Shown here: in pieces, positions 56,177 to 64,000 of the stretch
Layout: each line of letters starts with the position of its first letter
Numbering within the stretch: position 1 is the first letter of the stretch
Assembly (NCBI GenBank): GCA_946965045.2
Contig: OX337234.1
Coordinates: 2,170,001 to 2,234,000, forward strand
Length of the DNA: 64,000 nucleotides
DNA from: Epithemia pelagica
Lineage: Eukaryota; Protista; Bacillariophyta
Direction: 5' to 3'
Program-made: the position numbers and the translations under genes
The notes under the pieces: generated by a model
What the model was told of the DNA's origin: nothing
Seen by the model: only the letters and a program-made list of their open reading frames with translations
The model's database searches: none

Positions 56177-57259
56177 CTAGCTATTAGAGTCGATAGGACA
56201 ATTTGCCTCCTGACAAGTGTGGTACAAGAGCAAAGACAAAGTCTCAAATGATGACCGTTTTGGGTGTCGTGACAAAAGTGGCACCGGTGGTTTCGGGGAA
56301 CCAGGTTCAAGGATGTGATCGCCACGAACGATAATTTTGTGGACATGTGGTTGTTGGGCCAGCCATTGATCGAATCGAACCACCGAGCTCTTTTTCTGAC
56401 TCCCATCCATGGCAAAATCACCCAAATGCAACAAGACATCACCATCCGGTAGACTTGTTCTGTCTTCTTCATTGGCCAAGGTTTTTTCAACTCCATGGGT
56501 ATCGGAAATCACCACCAATCCCAAGGACGTGGAATTGGGAAGGACATAATCGGCCGTTGCTGCCGACGACGAGATCAGGCCATCCACGACAAAGGGAGAC
56601 GACGACGACGACAAGGGCATGGAATTCTGAATCCACGATGTCTGTCCGTATGCTCCAGGTCGAGGAGTATAATGATTGGCATTGTATTGAAATACATGAG
56701 CCATGGCCATGTTGGCTGACATCCTGGTGTTGGTGTTGGTTGATGTTGTTGTCATGGTCGTGTTGGTATCGGACACAGTTGTACCATTGGTGATATTGAG
56801 ATTGTGATTGGAAAGGTCAGTGGCATTGATCCATGCCGTAGGAGGACATGCAGCGACTTGTTCTTTGAGTTCACGTCGCCATCGTTTGGCCAAAATGACG
56901 CGATCACCCGTCTTTTCTTTGCGACTCATGGATTTGCGCAATTTTTCCCATCGGGCCAACAAGGCCGTTTATTGTTCCGGGGACAGTCGTGGTGCTGGTC
57001 GTGGCAAGAAGGATTCCGTTGGTGGTTGTGGATGATGATGACCACCGCCAAAGGCTTGTTGCGGTCCTTGTTTCAAGACATCAGCCACGACTTGATTCAA
57101 CAAGGGCGATGAGGATTTGAGCAATTTTTCTCGCAAGGATCGTACCTTGGCTTTGAGCTACCAATGTGGTGGAAACCCAGTGGCGACGACGAGGATCCAA
57201 AGCATCCTGGAAACCAAGGCTGGACCCAACGACGACGACCCAAACCAACCGGAAGTCAT
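56177..57259 (-). pseudogene. Captured calcineurin-like metallophosphoesterase gene fragment
   Basis: LVVISDTHG, DVLLHLGDFA, KIIVRGDH. In-frame stops at 57158-57160 (TAG) and 56969-56971 (TAA). Probable frameshift after GDH. Confidence 0.75.
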
Positions 57260-57451
57260 CGAATGGCCAAGTCCTCGGAACATGCTATAAGAACTGAATG
57301 GAGCTGTTTGTTGTGTTCACTTGACAAGGAACTCCTTTCAAGATCGGGTTGCCTCAGCTCTTCGGTATTCCTCGTCACTGGATGATACGGCAACCACCTT
57401 TCCGTCTCCGACTGTATCAACTGACTTTTCGGTTGGAAAGTAGTATTAATA

Positions 57452-57621
57452 CTTCCCGGTGTTGAGTCCTTTCAAGGAGGGACCGCCCGGCGCGGAGGGT
57501 AGAATGACGAGGAGGGCAATGGTCGAGGAGGGCGCACGCCCGACAAGACAATTGCCCGTCGAGTCATTCTCCCGACAAGCCGGGCGCGCCCGACGCGAGA
57601 CGACGGCCAGACACAGGGAAG
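57452..57621. mobile_element. Possible tiny GC-rich MITE flanked by TA
   Basis: TA|CTTCCCGGTGT ... ACACAGGGAAG|TA, an imperfect 11-bp TIR. Confidence 0.35.
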
Positions 57622-57677
57622 TAGTAAACTTACTCCCTATCAAGCTGTGTAGGTAGTGAGAAATTCCTGGAAGCCAT

Positions 57678-57728
57678 GTCACAAAGTGTCACACAAGTGT
57701 CATACAAGTGTCACACAAGTGTCACACA
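57678..57728. repeat. Tandem repeat, 11-bp unit GTCACACAAGT, about 5 copies
   Basis: Read directly from the sequence. Confidence 0.85.
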
Positions 57729-58464
57729 CGAGAGGGAAACCGCGCGACTCGCACGAAACTACTTCCCGGTCGTACAAAAAATTCCTACTGTAGTATAAAA
57801 ATGTGAGACGAACTACTGGTATGGAGTTAGAATGCCAATAGATCCAACGCAGAACAACAACTCGGATGGCTTTGATGGTCGGTCCGTGGAGAGTGCAGAG
57901 GTAGAGGTGTGTTACTTTCTCTTTACTGACTAATTGTCAGTTAACTGAGAATGTAAGCGTAACACTCTAATTAAGCCCCACCACATACCTGATCGTGCGC
58001 TGTGTCCATGGGGGTGAGTATACGAATTGTGCAAAATACACGATTCATGCGCGACCAGACAACTCACCCCTGCTTGGGGGTACCGCGCCAAAGCTGAAGA
58101 GTATCGGGAATCGTCTGTCATTCTATCCGTTGAAGCACACTCGCATGACAAAACTACGGATAACTGTTAAGTTTCTAGTAGGAATGTTGATGCGAGTGCG
58201 GGGGCTTACCCCCCGCACTCGCACCTTCACCCGCATCAATGTTCCGGTGATAAGTTAGGAGTAGTGTGTTACTCCTAGGATAGTTGCAATAGTACGCCGG
58301 GTTCCTGTAGTTAGCTCGGGTAGAGAGATGGTGGTGGGACATACAGACAAAGAGAATATCCCTCTGGGTGAGATGAGAGAGAGGGAACGACGATGGGGAA
58401 GACTTAGCCAAAAGAGATTAAGTCGAAAATCGAATAGATGCATTTGCTCGAACACTTACTGGCC

Positions 58465-59216
58465 ATGGGAAATATATGTTCGGGATCCAAAGAAGAGGCG
58501 AGAAAGCACGCAGCATTACAAGAAGCTGATGCCAGTCCGACCGACATTCCCTCCAACGTGGATCTCGAAACGAACAATGAAGGTGCTTCTGCTTTGGAAC
58601 AAGATCCCGGCGTGAGCGCAACACCTGCAACAGATGCAGCATATGAAGAGACAAGGACTTCTGAAGAGGAACAGAAACGAAGAGAAGAAGAGGCACTTCG
58701 ATTAGAACAAGAACGATTGGAAATGATTGTACAAACCGCCAACCGACAAATGGTATCGGTAAGGTCGACACGAGGTAGCAATGCCTATTATGATCAAGGT
58801 ACGTGAATGGGTTCCGAGTTCCTTGTTGGTTTTTCACGTTGTGACTTCTGAACGCTGGCCAAAAAAAATTTGCTCTTGACAACATAACCACACATTCAAC
58901 AAAAACAACGACAACATGAATCACTAAAGGTTTTGCGGCAGCACTTTCACAGCATTTGGAACAAACTACAACATTTCGAGACTCTATAGAACTCCCACTT
59001 CCCCGAGCACATCCGTCTCCTGTTATGGATCGTTTGTCGGAACCACCGGTGTGGGATGGAATAGCAGAAGACAATGAACATCTGGGAAAACTCATCGGCG
59101 GGGACAGTCCAAGTGACTTTATGGATAGGGTGGCCGAGGCATTGTTAAAAGAGGCAGTGCCTACCAAAGAACAGCTATTTGCCAATGTAGAACCTATAGT
59201 GGAAAGTCTATTATAG
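58465..59216 (+). CDS. N-terminally acylated small protein, LAMTOR1/Ego1-like, 2 exons
   Basis: MGNICSGS (myristoylation/palmitoylation motif); EQERLEMIVQTANRQMVSV helix; intron about 58800-58929. Confidence 0.6.
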
Positions 59217-59399
59217 TTTCACAACACAGCAACAATAAACTACATGCACAATCGTCATCGTAAATGGATGAAGAACGACAACACACAAATGCGATCGTGT
59301 ACTTCATTTCGATTTGCAGGCATGGTCCCAAACATTATGCTCTCAATGACCCATCTCTTGTACTAGAGATCTTTAATTCTAGGATTCCATTTCTTCCTC

Positions 59400-60632
59400 T
59401 TAGAGTTTGCAATCCGTCGCCAAGGAGTGCGCCATCATGAGTGCGGCTGACACGTTGATGGAGGCATTGAGGCGATCGTAATCGTGTTGGCCTTCCACCA
59501 TTCCCCAGTTGCTAATCTGAAATTCTTCTTCCACACGACATGCCTGTACGGCATCTGAAACTTCCGTGAATAAGAGGCTGGACAATGCCTTGTCTGTTTG
59601 GACGTTGTTGTTGTTGTTGCTGCTGCTGTGAAGGTATTGCGTCAACACGGCCCAGGCCAACCAGAATGATTTGGCTTCCACCGCTAATGTATGAAGAATA
59701 GTCAAGTGCCACGCATCCAAGGAGTGGCAGAATTTTGCGGCGTATTCATGCACCCGTGGATCATGTGGCAAACCACGGGCCGCAGTCATCATGGTTTCTT
59801 GGGTGCCCATGACGGTGGCAAGGGGAACCCCCACCACCTGATGCACTCGATCGTGAATGTTTTGCCAGGATTGTTCTTGTCGTTGATGCAAGACCCGATC
59901 TTCGGTCGGATCGGCCCAGTAACAAACAGTGTCGGTCGACACAAATTTCAAAATTTGCTCTTGATACTTGTGGGCATGCCATGCAGTTTGATCCAGAACT
60001 GTACAGGTCAAGGTCATGCAAGGCATTTGTGTGGGCTGCAAGACACTGTCGACAGCATCCCACTCAGCTGCGATTTGCGCTGCCAGCAGTTGACTGGGAA
60101 CAATCAAGGTTTGCCCCATGGGTGTCTGGATCGAACGACCGTCCAATGTGACACCATACCAAGCAATATCGGACAAGGACGAATCACTATCAGTAGTTTG
60201 ATCTTCGATCCATGGCCTTCGAGGTATTAGGTAGTGTTGCAACAAGGATCGGTTGTCTTCTTCCATTGATGCTGAATCCGTGTCTGACAATGTCCCTGCT
60301 CTTCTTCGAGGATGATGGACACCCGAGGCACTGTCGGAACCGTCCACTCCTGCAGAAATGGGAGATTTCACCTTCGTTTCGTCATCATTGTCTGGTCCCT
60401 GGTCTTGTTGTTGCGTGTACAATTCCCACGGGCTTTGTCCAGATGGTTCCATGCCGACATTTCGATAAAATCGCCGTCGACCGGCCAACCTTCGATCGCG
60501 AGCAGCCGAAGCCGACGATGAGCTACTGCTCCAACATAATTGTTGCTGCCGTGCGACTTGAACGTCACCAGTGGTTGCCCAACGAGTATATACAGGTGGG
60601 TGGATACAGCATCGTCCAACACGGCGAAACAT
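59400..60632 (-). CDS. ATP12: Mitochondrial F1-ATPase assembly chaperone ATP12/ATPAF2
   Basis: RRFYRNV, VTLDGRSIQTP, AAEWDA, MPCMTL, TDTVCY, EAKS, RVEEEFQISNWGMVEGQHD. Confidence 0.93.
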   Translation of the reverse strand: MFRRVGRCCIHPPVYTRWATTGDVQVARQQQLCWSSSSSSASAARDRRLAGRRRFYRNVGMEPSGQSPWELYTQQQDQGPDNDDETKVKSPISAGVDGSDSASGVHHPRRRAGTLSDTDSASMEEDNRSLLQHYLIPRRPWIEDQTTDSDSSLSDIAWYGVTLDGRSIQTPMGQTLIVPSQLLAAQIAAEWDAVDSVLQPTQMPCMTLTCTVLDQTAWHAHKYQEQILKFVSTDTVCYWADPTEDRVLHQRQEQSWQNIHDRVHQVVGVPLATVMGTQETMMTAARGLPHDPRVHEYAAKFCHSLDAWHLTILHTLAVEAKSFWLAWAVLTQYLHSSSNNNNNVQTDKALSSLLFTEVSDAVQACRVEEEFQISNWGMVEGQHDYDRLNASINVSAALMMAHSLATDCKL

Positions 60633-60914
60633 CCTACGGCGTCTTTTTGCACTTGCTCCCTGACGATGATTCAATAAAAAATGAATGGATCTGTTACCCA
60701 ACAAATAGCCCCAAGAGACATATTGACTCACGGGGTCAATATGCACTATACAAATTGACCCACCCTGGGGCGTTGGTCAATCCGTGGTTCCCACAAATCA
60801 CAAATGACTTTAATACTCCTCTTTCGCATTATACTCCCTATCTATCCGTCCATTTTTTGGACTCACATCGCACCTCCATTGCTTTTAGGAAATCATCCCA
60901 ACACGACAAACACG

Positions 60915-62714
60915 ATGACGACAATCAGAGTCAACCGTAGTGCCAAACATAAGACAACCGGCGTTACATCTAACCGCCCACCTGGTGTCATTCATGTTCT
61001 TCGATCATTTCCTAACGCAACGAAGCATCAACTTGGATGTTTCGATACCCCAAACTTCAAATTGCTTCTGACTGAGATGTACTCCTTGTGCATCCCCCCT
61101 ACGTACCAAGAAGATTTCATACGCCATTCAATGCGTTCTATTACTTCTCTCTTTCCGTTGCCCATCGATACATCGGTTCCCGATATTCCCGTTCTTACAA
61201 GATGTATCATTGATGGGTTTCGTGCTCTCCAAGCACAACATGCTTCTTGTCTTCAAGAAGCTAATTTGATTGTAAGAGACGCAGTACCAAAGCAATTAAC
61301 ACAAGAACTACATGGATGTTACTTGGTTGACTGTATCTTGTCCCGGACTCACAAGAAGCCAAGAATTTCAAACGAATCACGTTATTACGAAACAATCTAC
61401 CAAACGCGTACATCCCGTTCGCTTTGCAACGATGAGAACGATGCGATTTTCCGTACGGTCATACTAATTTCCCCCTACTCTGCTTGCTTTTGGACAACGG
61501 CCTTTGTTGCCGACAGCTTCATCCCTACTGGTGACGTTTCCTTTGGAATTGGGTCGTCTATCACCAAGTCTCCCATGGCTTCTTTGCCTACCTCTTGGTT
61601 GCAACTTGTACAGAAAACAGGTTTGCCTGCACGGGGTGGCTTCATAAAAAAAATCAACCATGTTTGGTCGATTGACTTTTTACCGAGAAAAGCTTCTTTG
61701 CCTCGTGTCTATCACTGTCTACATTTCAACGACGATGATCCGGATTCTCCACTCTTACCACCCGATCAAATTGGGTCCAACATACCCACTAAGGATTTAC
61801 AAGCACAGCGTTCCTTGTACCGGTCCCTTTTTGACTCATCTCCTTCCAATAAGGTTGGTTGTCGACGGTATGTTTCAGGTGCGCTCTACCAAAACATTCC
61901 TCCTTCAGCTTACATCTACGATCCATCTACAGCTGGCAATAATGCCTGTTTTCAAGCGTCCATCCTTGACGGAAATAAGCGTCCGATTTCCCAATCAAAC
62001 ATTGTGGTATGCTTGATTCCACAGGAACACCAGTTATACAAGACTTTAAATGTGGCGTCTCGGTTATACACATCATCCAAAAGTTTCTCTAAAGGAGGAA
62101 ATTGTCGACAAAAGACTGGTGACAATGGTGTTATGAGCGCTTATGGACAAATGTTACATCGTTTTAAGAGATGCATCAACAGCATTTCCTTCCATGACAG
62201 CGATGGTCTTTTGATTGAGAGAGTTCGAGAAACGTGTCATTTGGCAGCGGAATTCATATCAAATAATTTTCCTGGAACACTTTCCTTGTTGAAAAGTTTA
62301 CGGACCATTGGAGGGCTCCAAATCCCAGACGACTTGGGTGGTGACGCCAACGGTTGCAGCAGTAACATTGCCATCAGTGTCGATCTTATGAACTCTTCAC
62401 ACATTGACATCAACGATGCTAGTGTTGGAGTTGTTCTATTTTCAGAGACAGAGCTTGGATCTGCACGCAATTGGTACTTTGTCATGCCCAATGTTTTGAT
62501 AAAAATTGACTCGACAACTTACTCAGGTTTGGTAATTCGACTCTCCCACGGAGTTTCTATACTATTTGATGGACGTGTTATCCGTCATTGCACAAGTGTT
62601 CATAAATGTGTCCGTTCCGCAGAGTCCCTTACGAGTGCCAAACGGGGACCCCACACTGTTGGCTGCTTTTTTGGGCTGTCCCTACCTGCCTTGACTCAAA
62701 CCCCTGGAAGTTGA
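60915..62714 (+). CDS. Protein with a C-terminal 2OG-Fe(II) dioxygenase domain, TET/JBP-like
   Basis: NIAISVDLMNSSHIDIND (HxD), NWYFVMPN, VIRLSHGVSILFDGRVIRHCTS (distal His). Confidence 0.65.
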   Translation: MTTIRVNRSAKHKTTGVTSNRPPGVIHVLRSFPNATKHQLGCFDTPNFKLLLTEMYSLCIPPTYQEDFIRHSMRSITSLFPLPIDTSVPDIPVLTRCIIDGFRALQAQHASCLQEANLIVRDAVPKQLTQELHGCYLVDCILSRTHKKPRISNESRYYETIYQTRTSRSLCNDENDAIFRTVILISPYSACFWTTAFVADSFIPTGDVSFGIGSSITKSPMASLPTSWLQLVQKTGLPARGGFIKKINHVWSIDFLPRKASLPRVYHCLHFNDDDPDSPLLPPDQIGSNIPTKDLQAQRSLYRSLFDSSPSNKVGCRRYVSGALYQNIPPSAYIYDPSTAGNNACFQASILDGNKRPISQSNIVVCLIPQEHQLYKTLNVASRLYTSSKSFSKGGNCRQKTGDNGVMSAYGQMLHRFKRCINSISFHDSDGLLIERVRETCHLAAEFISNNFPGTLSLLKSLRTIGGLQIPDDLGGDANGCSSNIAISVDLMNSSHIDINDASVGVVLFSETELGSARNWYFVMPNVLIKIDSTTYSGLVIRLSHGVSILFDGRVIRHCTSVHKCVRSAESLTSAKRGPHTVGCFFGLSLPALTQTPGS

Positions 62715-64000
62715 TGGAAATTCCGATTCATACACCTGTTTTCACTACATTTGCAGCTTGCGTCACAAGCCTGATTTTTCTTCCTGCACCCACAGTTGTT
62801 TGTCGTACATTGAGAACTGCTTGCTTTACAAGAACATCCAGTGCCATAACTCTTAGTAGTACGTAATTTCGTTTTCAACTGTCCTTCCTGACTATATGCG
62901 ATTCGATGAGCGTCACGGATCGACAAAAAAGCCATTTTAGTGGGATCAAATGTTTTGTCAATAATCTGTTTCTGTAAATCTCGACGTGCTTTGCCCATTG
63001 GTGAAGAAGAATGAATAAGACTATACGTGTCCCGTGCGTACCATGTTGGTGTTCTTGTTCGTTTATCTCCTATAATCCCTTCAGGCAGTACCAATCTAAC
63101 AGATGGTTGCAAACTGTGAGAGACCGCAAAAACAAGGCAGTGTATTCCATGGCGGCTCTGGTTTGCACGATCTCGAGGGTCAGGAAACAGGGCTACAGCG
63201 TCTCCAACGGAAACTCGGAATCCAGCTTGCTGGTTCATCCTTATCATTTTGGTCGCTTGTCTTCGTTGTTCCGCCTGGCGAGTGGATATATTTTCATATC
63301 GAGTATATTGCCTTTCTGTCGTATCGTCTATCATAAGAAAACTACAATTACATCCACGTACATCTGAGTATTACTATAGAGCAAATGGAATGGAAGGAGA
63401 ACAACTTACTTCTTGGATTGGTTTCTTTGCGAGCGACGTGTTGTTTCTTCAGTTTTTTCTGTGTCCATGAAACCAGATAGATAATTCAAATATTGCTCTT
63501 TCAACGACGTCTGACCGACCGATGTATATTCCTCATGGAACTTCTGCCGTAATGCAGAATTGAGATTTTCTTGAATATGTTTCCGACCGTGGATCGCCAA
63601 GTATCTTCGGAACGTGTTGATGGATGTAGATCTTTCCTTTTCGATGGATTTTTCAATACAGGCCTCATTAAATACATAATACTCAAAGAAGCAAGGACTC
63701 CACAGGAGTTCGAATCCTTTTGGATACCCATCATTCTTGTATCATATGCAATCGTCCAAAAGGCAGACGATGAGTGGCTGTCATCTGTCTGCAAGCAATG
63801 GACTGGACGCACATTACTGTCTGCTTGCTGTAGGAGTTCGTAATACCATAAAGTCGCCAGAGCACTCTTGTTCCACAGTGAATGATTGTTTCCCCCCGAC
63901 ATTCCATCATAGACATCAATTTTTTTCTTGTCGATATCGATGTGGATTACAACATAATGGCTTTTGCCGAAACCAAGAGAAATAACCTCTTTAACGTAGG
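62696..64000 (-). pseudogene. Ulp1-like protease domain joined (predicted 68-bp intron 63342-63409) to an integrase-C-terminal/CXC region; frameshifted
   Basis: QKDSNSCGV (catalytic Gln/Cys), SINTFRRYLA in a different frame, VGDAVALFPDPRDR, CSCKASSSQCTTNNCGCRKKNQACDASCKC. Confidence 0.6.

Larger units (their letters stand above)
48160..58257 (+). mobile_element. AcademH-like DNA transposon, about 10.1 kb
   Basis: Terminal IR TAACTTATCA at 48160-48169 and 58248-58257. Subterminal IR AGGTGCGAGTGCG. A ~73-bp inverted block at 48312-48383 and 58009-58082. Encloses a DUF6589-like transposase and a RecQ-like helicase. Confidence 0.85.
60692..64000. mobile_element. Probable Ginger-like DNA transposon, partial (continues beyond window)
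   Basis: Candidate TGT terminus at 60692 followed by ATTGAC/GTCAAT hairpins. Minus-strand ORF has a KRBA2/Ginger-type integrase C-terminal region, a CXC motif and an Ulp1 domain. Integrase core not in window. Confidence 0.5.

Noticed and set aside
1-64000. rRNA or tRNA genes
   Set aside because: None recognised by eye; a tRNAscan or Rfam search would be needed to exclude them.

Overview
Eukaryotic nuclear DNA, most likely a pennate diatom. This is inferred from short GT-AG introns, a signal-plus-transit (ASAFAP-like) presequence, a DUF6824-like ORF and compact gene spacing. About 20 ordinary host genes (CARNMT1, ORC5, Tubby-like, NSF, HAS1, uS15m, DCP1, PHB2, MenE-like, RCHY1, GMP synthase, ATP12 and others) are interleaved with four mobile-element blocks. 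(1) 1-4417: the 3' part of a DIRS/Ngaro-type tyrosine-recombinase retrotransposon, hit by two different MITEs, one landing just after the RT YLDD motif. (2) 16286-25327: two diverged, head-to-tail, Cys/His-rich DDE-like transposase elements, followed by a perfect 189-bp inverted repeat. (3) 48160-58257: a ~10.1-kb element with terminal and subterminal inverted repeats, a DUF6589-like transposase and a convergent RecQ-like helicase (AcademH architecture), plus a captured metallophosphoesterase pseudogene. (4) from about 60692 to the window end: a probable Ginger-like element with a TET/JBP-like 2OG-Fe(II) dioxygenase ORF convergent on an Ulp1-protease/CXC ORF. All family assignments come from motifs recognised by eye; no database search was run.
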